Part shown: piece after piece, positions 8,241 to 17,932 of the stretch
Numbering within the stretch: the stretch's first letter is position 1
Layout: each line of letters starts with the position of its first letter
Assembly (NCBI GenBank): GCA_934660865.1
Contig: CAKUIA010000011.1
Coordinates: 1-32,000, forward strand
Reading direction: 5' to 3'
Source: an uncultured Opitutales bacterium
GTDB lineage: Bacteria; Verrucomicrobiota; Verrucomicrobiia; Opitutales; Intestinicryptomonadaceae
Length of the DNA stretch: 32,000 bases
Program-made: the position numbers and the translations under genes
Notes under the pieces: model-generated
The model's database searches: none
What the model was told of the DNA's origin: nothing
Seen by the model: the letters and a program-made list of their open reading frames with translations, nothing else

Positions 8241-10820
8241 ATGAATCGAAGCATAGCTTGGAAACTTATTATAACCGTTGCAGTTGTCGTATGGGCGGCA
8301 TTTGCAATGATTCCGCTAAAAGACACTCCTTTCGACGAATACATAAGGGGAGCCGCCACCAGCGACAAGGCGGAATTTGCGCAGGTAATAGAAAAGGCGC
8401 AAGCTTGTGTTGACCCCGTCAACTACAAGACTCAAAAAGACAAATATCCCACCTTGTACATTGCGTTGAGGGAATATTCCAACAAAAACGCGGTAGACTT
8501 GGCAAAGTATTTCCCCGACATAAATGTAAGGGACATTAAAATACTTAAGAAGAGAAATACCGTTTTGCTAAAAGAGCTTTACAAGCGCAGCAAAAGCGCT
8601 CTAAAACAGGGCTTAGACCTTCAAGGCGGCGTTTCGTTTACCCTGCAGATAGACGAAAACGAATTGTCGGGTGACCAAATGGCAAAGGCAAACCAGCTTG
8701 AAGACGTTATTACCGTTATAAACAACCGTGTTAACGGTTTGGGCGTAACCGAGCCTACAATCCGTGCGGTTGGCGGCAACTCTATAGAAGTTCAAATGCC
8801 CGGCGTTTCGCTGAAAGACAACCCCGAGGCCATCGAAGAATTGTCTAGGCCCGCCAAGCTTGAATTTAGGCTTGTGCACAGAACCATAAGGCCTTCGAGC
8901 GCAACTCCGCCAAAAAGCGAAATTCCCGTTGGCTACGAGCTTATGCTTGCCGAAAACGAAAGGGGCAACTCGGTTGTAGAAGTTCCCTACTATGTAAAAA
9001 AACGCCCCGAAGCTACCGGCGAAATCATCAAAAAGGCGGGCGTTGCAATTCAGGGCATAAACCAGTTTTTAGTTACAATGGACTTTACCGACGAAGGCTC
9101 GAAGGTTATAAAGAGAATTACCTCGACCATTTTGGAGGAAGACAAAAAAACGGGCATAAAGCAGCCCATGGCCATAGTGCTGGACGGCAAGCTTATGAGC
9201 GCCCCCAACATTCAGGGCGTTTTGGAGGAACACGGCCAAATTACGGGCAACTTTACCCAGCGCGAAGCCGTTGAATTGGCAAATGCGCTAAACAACCCCC
9301 TTTCGGTTGGCTTAAAGAGAACCTCGCTTAACGAAGTAGGTCCCTCTTTGGCCGAAGACGCAAAAGACGCATCTTTGTTTGCCGCCCTTATGGCGTGCGT
9401 AACGGTTGTGGTATTTATGTTGGCCTGCTACCTAAACTTCGGCGCGGTTGCCATTGTTACAATTTTTGTAAACTTGTTCCTGGTTGTGGGCGTGTTGGCA
9501 AGCTTCGGCTCTACAATGACACTTCCCGGCATTGCGGCTTTGGCGTTAACGGCGGGTATGGCAATCGACGCAAACATTCTTATATTCGAACGTATGCGCG
9601 AAGAGCTAAAACTCGGCAAAAACCTGCTTAGCGCGTTGGAAAGCGGCTATTCCATGGCCTTTTCGACCATTGTAGACGCAAACTTGACAACACTTATTAC
9701 TGCTTTGATTTTGTGGTATTTCGGTTCGGGCCCGGTAAAGGGTTTCGGCGTAACATTGGCTGTTGGTATTCTAACTACAATGTTCTGCGCTTTGATTCTC
9801 TGCAGAGCCTTGCTCGAAATATTGGTGCGTACGGGCATATTCAAGAACGGCTTTAAGTTCTCGATTATGAAGGAAGACACAAAATTCAAGTTCCTAAACT
9901 ATGCAAAATTTTCCTGCGTGGGGGCTTTGGTTGTGTTTATTGCCTCCATTGCCTTTATTGCCTACCAGGGCGACAAATGCGTTGGTATAGACTTTACCGG
10001 TGGCGAAGTTATTTCGGCTCAGTATAAGGAAAAGTTGCCGATAAACTCGATTTTGGGCATTTCAAGCGAAAACCCCGATTTGGGCGAAATTCAGGCGGCC
10101 TACCAAAAAGATATTGCAACGGGCGGCGAATATTTAAGCCTGCAAACCGAGGCCGACAAGGGCGACGCAGTTTTGGCGGCTTTGGAAAAGAAGTATCCGC
10201 AGGCGGGCTTAAAGTTTATGTCGAAGCAAAGCATAGGCTCGGCCGTAAGCGACAGCATTGTTAAAGACGCCCTGGTTGCGTGCTTCTGGTCGATGATAGC
10301 GATTATGCTTTATGTGGCCTTCCGTTTTGAATGGGGCTACGGCATAGGCGCTTTGGTTTCTACCTTGCACGATGTTGTAATTACAATAGGCATATATGTA
10401 TTTATAGGCAAAGTTTTCGGAATTGGCACCGGTCAGTTTAGCGCGCCTATGGTTGCCGCAATTTTGATGATTGTAGGCTATTCAATTAACGATACCATAG
10501 TTGTGTTCGACCGTATCCGCGAGGAATTGCAGCTTAAGCCCGATATGTCGTTGCGCGACATTATCCACTATGCAACGAACAGGACACTGTCTAGAACAAT
10601 GCTTACGAGTGTTTCGACGCTGTTGGCTGCCTTGGCGTTGTTCTTATTCGGCGCCGAAATTATACGCGACTTTTCCTTGGTATTTATAATCGGTATTATA
10701 GTCGGCACGTTCTCTTCGCTTTTCATTGCAACCCCCGTATTCTATTGGTGGCACGGCGGCAGCAGAAAGCGCGTAGAGGCAAAAGAGCCCGCCGCTACAA
10801 AATATTCTTGGGAAAGCTAA
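8241..10820 (+). CDS. secDF: Protein translocase subunit SecDF (fused SecD-SecF), 859 aa
   Basis: SecD motif GLDLQGGVSF is followed by a large periplasmic domain and a 6-TM block. SecF motif GIDFTGGEVI is followed by a second 6-TM block. Confidence 0.92.
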   Translation: MNRSIAWKLIITVAVVVWAAFAMIPLKDTPFDEYIRGAATSDKAEFAQVIEKAQACVDPVNYKTQKDKYPTLYIALREYSNKNAVDLAKYFPDINVRDIKILKKRNTVLLKELYKRSKSALKQGLDLQGGVSFTLQIDENELSGDQMAKANQLEDVITVINNRVNGLGVTEPTIRAVGGNSIEVQMPGVSLKDNPEAIEELSRPAKLEFRLVHRTIRPSSATPPKSEIPVGYELMLAENERGNSVVEVPYYVKKRPEATGEIIKKAGVAIQGINQFLVTMDFTDEGSKVIKRITSTILEEDKKTGIKQPMAIVLDGKLMSAPNIQGVLEEHGQITGNFTQREAVELANALNNPLSVGLKRTSLNEVGPSLAEDAKDASLFAALMACVTVVVFMLACYLNFGAVAIVTIFVNLFLVVGVLASFGSTMTLPGIAALALTAGMAIDANILIFERMREELKLGKNLLSALESGYSMAFSTIVDANLTTLITALILWYFGSGPVKGFGVTLAVGILTTMFCALILCRALLEILVRTGIFKNGFKFSIMKEDTKFKFLNYAKFSCVGALVVFIASIAFIAYQGDKCVGIDFTGGEVISAQYKEKLPINSILGISSENPDLGEIQAAYQKDIATGGEYLSLQTEADKGDAVLAALEKKYPQAGLKFMSKQSIGSAVSDSIVKDALVACFWSMIAIMLYVAFRFEWGYGIGALVSTLHDVVITIGIYVFIGKVFGIGTGQFSAPMVAAILMIVGYSINDTIVVFDRIREELQLKPDMSLRDIIHYATNRTLSRTMLTSVSTLLAALALFLFGAEIIRDFSLVFIIGIIVGTFSSLFIATPVFYWWHGGSRKRVEAKEPAATKYSWES

Positions 10821-10832
10821 ATATTTTAAAAG

Positions 10833-10866
10833 AGGGGCGCACAAATTTTATGCGCTCCTTTTTTTG
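10833..10866 (+). terminator. Intrinsic terminator after secDF
   Basis: A roughly 9-bp stem (AGGGGCGCA / TGCGCTCCT, one G-T pair) with a 9-nt loop is followed by a T-run through 10866. Confidence 0.7.
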
Positions 10867-10898
10867 TAAATCTTTGTTATAGGCAGCGGTTTTAGGCG

Positions 10899-12632
10899 AT
10901 GAAATGGAATTTTATAGAGTACGACGCAAAGTTGGCGGCCGATTTGGGCGCATATTTGGGCGTAAGCCAAATGATGGCGGCTTTGCTTATACAGCGCGGC
11001 TTTACAGACCCCATTCGCGCCAAGATGTTTTTGCGCCCCAAACTGGCCGATTTAGACGACCCCTTTAGGGTTACCAACCTAAAAAAGGCGGTAAACAGAA
11101 TAATAGAGGGCATAAACAAGAAGCAAAAAATTCTCGTTTTCGGCGACTACGATGTAGACGGCATAACAAGCACGGCTTTGTTGGTAAGCGTGCTAAAGCA
11201 TTTCGATATAAACCCGTCGTACTTTGTGCCGCGCCGTATGGACGAAGGCTACGGGCTTAGCAAATCGGCTTTGGAAAGGGCTTTGGCCGAGGGCAAGCCC
11301 GACTTGCTTATAGCTTTAGACTGCGGCACAAATGCCGACGAAGCAATAGACTATATCCACAAAAAGGGTATAGATATGATTGTGGTAGACCACCACCAGG
11401 CCAAGGATTTTAACCCGCAAAACTGCATATTTTTAAACCCGCACGTTTTGGACATAAATTCGGCGCCGTGGAAACAGCTTTGCACGGTTGGCTTGGTGTT
11501 TAAGCTGGCGCACGGGCTTATCAAGGCAATGCGCATTTTGGGCGATTTGCGCTCGTGGACTTTTATTTTAAAAGACTACCTAGACTTGGTTGCAATGGGC
11601 ACGGTTGCCGACTTAGTTCCCCTTACCGACGAAAACCGAATTTTGGCAAGATACGGCATAAAAAGGTTAAAGTCTTCGAAAAGAACGGGAATAAGAGCCC
11701 TGATTCAGGCAAGCGGCATAGAGCTTGGCGAAGACATTACCCCCATAGACATTTCGTTTAAGCTTGGCCCCAGAATAAACGCTTCGGGCAGGCTAGCCGA
11801 CGCATCGCTGCCGCTTGAAATGCTTTTGGAGGACGATTTTACCACCTGCTACAGAGCCGCCTGCGAGCTTAACGACATAAACAAGGAGCGTCAGGAAATA
11901 GAGCGCGGCGTTTTTGAGGACGCAACCCGCCAGATAAGCGAATTTCACTACGAAAACGACAGCTGCATAATTGTAAGCGACAAAAATTGGCACCCCGGTG
12001 TTGTGGGCATTATTGCGGGCAAGCTTAGCCGCGAATACCACCGCCCGGTTATAGTTTTCGGCGAGATAGACGACAAGGGGTTTGCCAAAGGCTCGGGCAG
12101 AAGCATTGCGGGCATAAATTTGGTGGAATGCCTAAATTCGTGCGAGCGCTTTTTGGGTAATTGGGGAGGCCACCCCATGGCGGTTGGCGTTGCCGTGCGC
12201 CCCGACGACATTTCCGACTTTAGAAAAGCCCTAAACAGGCGCATATGCGAAATGATTAACGGCGACAAAACCGTTTTCGAGCCCGAAATAGAAATTGCAA
12301 TGGAGCTTAGCAAGTCGAACATAGGCATGGAGCTTTTAAACGAGCTTGAAATGCTGCACCCGTTCGGCGAGGGCAACCGCGAGCCCGTGTTTATGGTAAG
12401 GAATGTGGTTCTCGAAAAACAGCCCGAAGTTTTCGGCTCGGCAATGAACTACAAGTTCCAGATGCCGCTGGAAAACGGAAACTGGATAAACGCCGTTGCA
12501 TGGCGGGCAGCCGACGATATGCCGCCTACGCACACCCCGCTAGATTTTGCAATAAAACTTTCGTGGAACAAGTGGAACAGGCACAAATTGCCGCAGGCTA
12601 CAATTATTGCCCACAGGCCGAGCATATCCTAG
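10899..12632 (+). CDS. recJ: Single-stranded-DNA-specific exonuclease RecJ, 577 aa
   Basis: DHH-family motifs in order: VFGDYDVDGITS, ALDCG, VVDHHQ. The DHHA1 motif GGHPMAVG and a C-terminal OB-like region are also present. Confidence 0.9.
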   Translation: MKWNFIEYDAKLAADLGAYLGVSQMMAALLIQRGFTDPIRAKMFLRPKLADLDDPFRVTNLKKAVNRIIEGINKKQKILVFGDYDVDGITSTALLVSVLKHFDINPSYFVPRRMDEGYGLSKSALERALAEGKPDLLIALDCGTNADEAIDYIHKKGIDMIVVDHHQAKDFNPQNCIFLNPHVLDINSAPWKQLCTVGLVFKLAHGLIKAMRILGDLRSWTFILKDYLDLVAMGTVADLVPLTDENRILARYGIKRLKSSKRTGIRALIQASGIELGEDITPIDISFKLGPRINASGRLADASLPLEMLLEDDFTTCYRAACELNDINKERQEIERGVFEDATRQISEFHYENDSCIIVSDKNWHPGVVGIIAGKLSREYHRPVIVFGEIDDKGFAKGSGRSIAGINLVECLNSCERFLGNWGGHPMAVGVAVRPDDISDFRKALNRRICEMINGDKTVFEPEIEIAMELSKSNIGMELLNELEMLHPFGEGNREPVFMVRNVVLEKQPEVFGSAMNYKFQMPLENGNWINAVAWRAADDMPPTHTPLDFAIKLSWNKWNRHKLPQATIIAHRPSIS

Positions 12633-12686
12633 CATTTTAAATTTGCAAAATTTCGGCAAATCCGAAATAATACGCCGCAAATAATT

Positions 12687-13421
12687 ATGGAAGACGGCAT
12701 TTCAAGCATAAGAACCGAAAACCTTGTAAAGGAATACGGTGCGCGCAGGGTTGTAAAGGGCGTAAATGTAAACCTTAAAGCTGGCGAAGTTGTGGGGCTT
12801 TTAGGCCCGAACGGCGCGGGCAAAACAACAAGCTTTTACATGATTGTCGGCTTGGTAGAGGCTACTTCGGGCAGGGTGTTTTTAGACGGCAAAGACATCA
12901 CAAAAGTGCCGATGTATAAAAGGGCGAGAATGGGCATTGCCTATCTGCCGCAGGAGGCTTCGGTTTTCCGCAAACTAAGCGTATACGACAATATTGCCGC
13001 CATTGCCGAAACTTTGGATATGCCGCGCAGGGAAATCAAGCCCTATTGCGAAAAAATGCTGGGCGAGCTTAATTTGACGCACCTGGCAAAGCAAAAGGCG
13101 TTTACCCTTTCGGGCGGCGAGCGCCGCAGGCTTGAAATTACAAGGGCCCTTACCGCAAAACCGAAGTTCATACTTATGGACGAACCTTTCAGCGGGGTAG
13201 ACCCTATCAGCGTTGCCGAGGTTCAAGACATTATTTTGTCGCTAAAATCGCGCGGGATAGGCGTTTTGATTACCGACCACAACGTTAGGGAAACGCTTTC
13301 GATTGTAGACAGGGCCTATCTTATACACGAAGGCAAGGTTTTGCGCGAGGGCACAAGCGACTTTTTGGTAAACGACGAAACCAGCCGCAAATTCTATTTG
13401 GGCGAAAACTTTTCGATGTAG
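12687..13421 (+). CDS. lptB: LPS export ABC transporter ATP-binding protein LptB, 244 aa
   Basis: Walker A GPNGAGKTT, LptB-typical TTSFYMIVGL and MGIAYLPQEASVFRKLSV, signature LSGGERRR, Walker B FILMDEPFSGVDP. Confidence 0.9.
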   Translation: MEDGISSIRTENLVKEYGARRVVKGVNVNLKAGEVVGLLGPNGAGKTTSFYMIVGLVEATSGRVFLDGKDITKVPMYKRARMGIAYLPQEASVFRKLSVYDNIAAIAETLDMPRREIKPYCEKMLGELNLTHLAKQKAFTLSGGERRRLEITRALTAKPKFILMDEPFSGVDPISVAEVQDIILSLKSRGIGVLITDHNVRETLSIVDRAYLIHEGKVLREGTSDFLVNDETSRKFYLGENFSM

Positions 13422-13425
13422 CAGT

Positions 13426-14385
13426 ATGGATAAATCTAGCGAAACAATTACCGTAAGGGAATTTTTTGAAACATACAAAGACGAGCTAAAGCTTGAAATT
13501 TTGGCGGGCGAGGGCGGTTTGGACAAGGTTATTTTGGAACCCGTTGTAAACAGGCCGTCGCTTGCAATTACGGGCTATTTCGAAAACTTCGGCTCGCACC
13601 GCATACAGCTTTTCGGCGCGGGCGAAATAGGCTATATGCGCGACTTGCCCGCAAACAGGCAGTCGGCAATATTCACAAAAATTTGCGAAAAGCAAATCCC
13701 GTGCTGCGTCATTTCGCGTAGCATAGAGCCCATTCCCTCGATGAAGGCAATTTGCGACCGCAAAAACATTGTGCTTTTTAGCACGGGCATGAAGTCGAAA
13801 GACTTTACTTCGCACTGCGCAATTTTAATGGGCAGGCGCTTTGCCCCAAAAACCTCCATTCACGGAACTTTGATGGACGTTAAGGGTATCGGCGTTTTAA
13901 TCAGGGGCGCAAGCGGCATAGGCAAATCGGAATGTGCATTGGCTTTGATTGAAAGGGGCCATTCCCTTGTTTCCGACGATTTGACATACTGCGAACTTTC
14001 AAACGGCGTTATCTACGGCAAAAGCAGCGAAATAAACCGCGGCTATATGGAATGTCGCGGCATAGGCATTATAGACGTTTCAAAACTATTCGGCATTAGG
14101 TGCGTGCGCACCGAGTGTTCCATAGGCATGGTTGTAACGTTTTTGGAATGGAAGCCGGGCATGGTAGAGGAACGAACCGGGCTTGCAATGCACTATTTCG
14201 ACTTGTTGGGAGTTAAAATTCCGCATATAGAAATCCCCGTAAGGCCGGGGCGAGATATGGCAAGGCTGGTTGAAGTTGCCGCAATGGTGCAGGCATTGCG
14301 CCTTGTAGGCCACGACTGTGCAAAGGAATTTAACGAAAAACTCATAAGTTTGATGTCGAATACAAATGGCAGGGACAATTTGTAA
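13426..14385 (+). CDS. hprK: HPr kinase/phosphorylase, 319 aa
   Basis: P-loop GASGIGKSECALAL is followed by GHSLVSDD and the HprK signature MECRGIGIIDV. Confidence 0.9.
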   Translation: MDKSSETITVREFFETYKDELKLEILAGEGGLDKVILEPVVNRPSLAITGYFENFGSHRIQLFGAGEIGYMRDLPANRQSAIFTKICEKQIPCCVISRSIEPIPSMKAICDRKNIVLFSTGMKSKDFTSHCAILMGRRFAPKTSIHGTLMDVKGIGVLIRGASGIGKSECALALIERGHSLVSDDLTYCELSNGVIYGKSSEINRGYMECRGIGIIDVSKLFGIRCVRTECSIGMVVTFLEWKPGMVEERTGLAMHYFDLLGVKIPHIEIPVRPGRDMARLVEVAAMVQALRLVGHDCAKEFNEKLISLMSNTNGRDNL

Positions 14386-17300
14386 TTATACAAAAAGCGG
14401 AGCCTTGCTCGAGTCGCTTTTAAAGACGCGCATTGTCTATCTCGACGGCGCAATGGGTACTTTAATCCAAAAACGCAAATTGGGTGAAAGCGATTACCGC
14501 AGCGCAAAGTTCGACATTCTGCAAAATTCGCAAATAGAGCTTAAGGGCAATGCCGACTTGCTTAACCTTACGCGTCCCGACGTTTTAAGCGACATATTCG
14601 AGTCGTACTACAATGCGGGTTCCGACATTGTTACAACGTGCACATTCGGTGCAAATTCGGTTGTTCAGGCCGAATACAAAACCCAAAGCCTTGTGCGCGA
14701 AATGAATATAGAGGGCGTGCGCCTGGCAAAAGAGGCTGCAAAAAAATACGCAACCGAAAATTCTCCAAAATTTGTGGCGGCCTCCATTGGACCTATGAAC
14801 AAATCGGCGTCTATTTCGCCCGATATGGCAGACCCTTCGAAGCGCAGCGTTTCGTTCGACGAGCTTATGGCTGCCTACAAAGAGCAAATGGCTGCTTTAA
14901 AGGAAGCCCGGGCCGACTTGTTTTTGCTTGAAACCACTTTCGACGGGCTAAACGCAAAGGCTGCAATTTACGCGTATTTAGACCTTTTCGAAAACGAATC
15001 CGAACGCATACCAATAGCCGTTAGCATGACGGTTTCCGACGCTTCGGGCAGAATTTTAAGCGGGCAGACAATAGAGGCCTTTTACAATTCGATAGAGCAC
15101 TGCAACCCGCTATTTGTGGGGCTTAACTGCTCGCTTGGTGCCGACAAAATGAGGCCCTACATAGAAACCTTCAACCGCATAGCAAAGTGCTACACGCACT
15201 GCTATCCCAATGCGGGGCTGCCAAATCCGCTTTCGGAATCGGGCTACGACCAAACGCCCGAAATGACGGCAACCTATGTGGCCGAATACGCAAAGGAGGG
15301 CCTTTTAAACGTTATAGGCGGCTGTTGCGGAACAACGCCCGAGCACATTGCAAAAATAATAGAATACACAAAAGACTGTGCGCCGCGCACTCCGCAAAAG
15401 GGCGATTTTTCGCTTAAGGTAAGCGGTCTGCAACAGCTTGTAATACCCGAAAACAACGCCCCCTTTGTTTTGGTGGGCGAGCGCAACAACGTTATGGGTT
15501 CGGGCATTTTCCGAAAGGCGATAAAAGAGGGGCGCTATCACGACGCAGTTGCAATTTCGCGCAAGCAGATAGAAAACGGCGCAAACGTAATCGACATAAA
15601 TTTCGACGAGGCCATGCTCGACGCCGTAGAGTGTATGCGCCACTTCTTGCGCCTGCTTGAAAGCGAGCCCGAAATTTCGAAAGTGCCCTTTATGATAGAC
15701 TCGTCTAACTGGGCGGCGTTAAAGGAGGGGCTAAAAAACGTTCAGGGCAAGCCCATTGTAAATTCGCTTAGCCTTAAAGAGGGCGAGGAAACTTTCCTTA
15801 AAAAGGCAAAAGAGGTAAAAAAATACGGGGCGGCCCTTGTTGTAATGGCCTTCGACGAAAACGGACAGGCCGCAACCAAAGAAGACAAAGTAAGAATTTG
15901 CCGCCGCGCCTATCGGCTTTTGGTCGACAAAATAGGCTTTAACCCCTGCGACATAATTTTCGACGTAAACGTTCTTACAATAGGAACCGGCATTGCCGAG
16001 CACAACGACTACGGCAAAAATTTTATAGAGGCGGTAAGGGAGGTAAAACAACTTTGCCCGCATTGCAGAACAAGCGCGGGCGTAAGCAACCTAAGCTTTG
16101 CATTTAGGGGCAACAACCCCTTGCGCGAGGCAATGCACAGCGTATTTTTGTTCCACGCAATAAGGGCGGGGCTTGATATGGGCATTGTAAACGCGGGCGT
16201 TCTGCCGCCCTACGACTCTATAAAGCCCGAATTAAGGGAGCTGCTTGAAGACCTGATTTTCAACAAACGCCCCGATGCCACCGAAAGGGTTATGGCAAGA
16301 GCCACCGATTTCCACTCCGAAAAAAAGGCCGAGGCTGTTTTAGACAGGCCCCTTACGTTGGAGGAAAAGCTGCAGCACTGCTTTATAGACGGCGACGATT
16401 CCAAAATTGCCGAATACGCCGAAGAATATTACGCGCAGCTTAAAGACCCGTTGGCTGTTATCGAAGGCCCTCTTATGGGGGCCATGAAGATTGTGGGCAA
16501 ACGTTTCGGCGAGGGCAAAATGTTCTTGCCGCAGGTTGTAAAGAGCGCGCGCGTAATGAAAACCGCGGTGGAAACACTCGAAAAATATATGTCGAACAAG
16601 TCCGAAAACGGCGGCAACGGCAAATTTTTAATAGCCACCGTAAAGGGCGATGTCCACGACATAGGCAAAAACATTGTTGCCCTTGTAATGGGCTGCAACA
16701 GCTACGCCGTGCGCGATCTTGGCGTTATGGTCGACGCCCAGACGATTTTGGACCAGGCCAAAGATTTCAACGCCGATTTAGTCGGTATGAGCGGCCTTAT
16801 TACGCCGTCTTTGGCCGAAATGGAAAATACCATAAGGCTTTTCGAGCGAAACGGTATGACGGTTCCCATTGTTGTTGGCGGCGCCTCCACAAGCGAGCTG
16901 CATACGGCGGTAAAGCTTGCCCCGCTATATTCGGGGGCGGTAATGCGCGTAGAAGACGCTTCTACAATGTCGGTTGCCGCCGCCGACTTAACGGGCAAAA
17001 ATTCGGCCGAATTTATAGCAAAGCTTAAAGAGTCGCAGCGCGTTTTAAGGGAAAACTTTTTGGCTAAAAAGGCAACCGCCGCGCTAAAAAGCCTGGCCCA
17101 GTCGCGTTTAGACGCCCCAAAACACGATGTTCAAGAGCCCGAAATAGCCGCCTTCGACGCAAAGTTGTTCGAGGTAGACTTCAACAAGGTTTTAAAATAT
17201 TTGCGCTACGAGCCTTTCTTTGCCGTGTGGCATTTTAAGGGCATAACCTGCGCAAATTGCTCGGAAAATGCCGAGGCTAAAAAGCTTTATAAAGACGCGC

Positions 17301-17932
17301 AAAATGTGCTTGCTCAAATGGCCGAAATTGCAAAGCCCAAAGTTGTTGCGGGCATTTACGCCGCCGAAAAATCCGGCACCGACGACATTGTTTTAAAAAG
17401 CCAATCGGGCAAAACAACAAAGTTGTGCTTTTTTAGAAATCAGGAAAGCCACAATTTGTGCCTGGCAGACTTTGCAGGAAAAAAAGCGGGGCTTTTTGCG
17501 CTTACGGCGGGCGGCGAGCTTTGGCTGGCTGCGCAAAAAATAAAGGAGTCGGGCAACGAATACGAGTATATGCTTTGGCATACGCTTAGCGACCGGATTG
17601 CCGAAGCTTGCGCAGAATATTTCCATACCGAAATTTTGTGCAACGGCGGCAAATTTGGAATAAGGCCGGCAATAGGCTACCCGATTTGCCCCGACCACAC
17701 CCAAAAGACCGAAGTTTTTGAAATGCTAAATGCAACCGAGTTGGCGGGTATTTCGCTTACCGAAAATTATGCAATGACGCCGCCTTCAAGCATATGCGCA
17801 TTGTGGCTGCCCGACAAAACCGCAAAATATTTCGATTTGGGCAAAATTTCCGAAGAGCAAATAAAAGACTTTTGCGCAAGGCGAAACATTCCCGCAGAGC
17901 TTTTAAAGAAATATTTGGCAATAAGCTTATAA
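14366..17932 (+). CDS. metH: Cobalamin-dependent methionine synthase MetH, 1188 aa
   Basis: Hcy-binding domain (YLDGAMGT, GGCCGTTPEHI), pterin-binding barrel, B12-binding motifs GDVHDIGKN (DxHxxG) and MSGLITPS, and a C-terminal AdoMet activation domain (RPAIGYPICPDH). ATG 14366 overlaps the hprK stop by 20 nt, so the exact start is uncertain. Confidence 0.92.
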   Translation: MAGTICNYTKSGALLESLLKTRIVYLDGAMGTLIQKRKLGESDYRSAKFDILQNSQIELKGNADLLNLTRPDVLSDIFESYYNAGSDIVTTCTFGANSVVQAEYKTQSLVREMNIEGVRLAKEAAKKYATENSPKFVAASIGPMNKSASISPDMADPSKRSVSFDELMAAYKEQMAALKEARADLFLLETTFDGLNAKAAIYAYLDLFENESERIPIAVSMTVSDASGRILSGQTIEAFYNSIEHCNPLFVGLNCSLGADKMRPYIETFNRIAKCYTHCYPNAGLPNPLSESGYDQTPEMTATYVAEYAKEGLLNVIGGCCGTTPEHIAKIIEYTKDCAPRTPQKGDFSLKVSGLQQLVIPENNAPFVLVGERNNVMGSGIFRKAIKEGRYHDAVAISRKQIENGANVIDINFDEAMLDAVECMRHFLRLLESEPEISKVPFMIDSSNWAALKEGLKNVQGKPIVNSLSLKEGEETFLKKAKEVKKYGAALVVMAFDENGQAATKEDKVRICRRAYRLLVDKIGFNPCDIIFDVNVLTIGTGIAEHNDYGKNFIEAVREVKQLCPHCRTSAGVSNLSFAFRGNNPLREAMHSVFLFHAIRAGLDMGIVNAGVLPPYDSIKPELRELLEDLIFNKRPDATERVMARATDFHSEKKAEAVLDRPLTLEEKLQHCFIDGDDSKIAEYAEEYYAQLKDPLAVIEGPLMGAMKIVGKRFGEGKMFLPQVVKSARVMKTAVETLEKYMSNKSENGGNGKFLIATVKGDVHDIGKNIVALVMGCNSYAVRDLGVMVDAQTILDQAKDFNADLVGMSGLITPSLAEMENTIRLFERNGMTVPIVVGGASTSELHTAVKLAPLYSGAVMRVEDASTMSVAAADLTGKNSAEFIAKLKESQRVLRENFLAKKATAALKSLAQSRLDAPKHDVQEPEIAAFDAKLFEVDFNKVLKYLRYEPFFAVWHFKGITCANCSENAEAKKLYKDAQNVLAQMAEIAKPKVVAGIYAAEKSGTDDIVLKSQSGKTTKLCFFRNQESHNLCLADFAGKKAGLFALTAGGELWLAAQKIKESGNEYEYMLWHTLSDRIAEACAEYFHTEILCNGGKFGIRPAIGYPICPDHTQKTEVFEMLNATELAGISLTENYAMTPPSSICALWLPDKTAKYFDLGKISEEQIKDFCARRNIPAELLKKYLAISL

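Noticed and set aside
17794-17931. Upstream extension of the SEDS ORF starting at 17794
   Set aside because: It lies inside the metH coding region in another frame and is basic junk. The membrane protein begins at MKYNYQ (ATG 17932).
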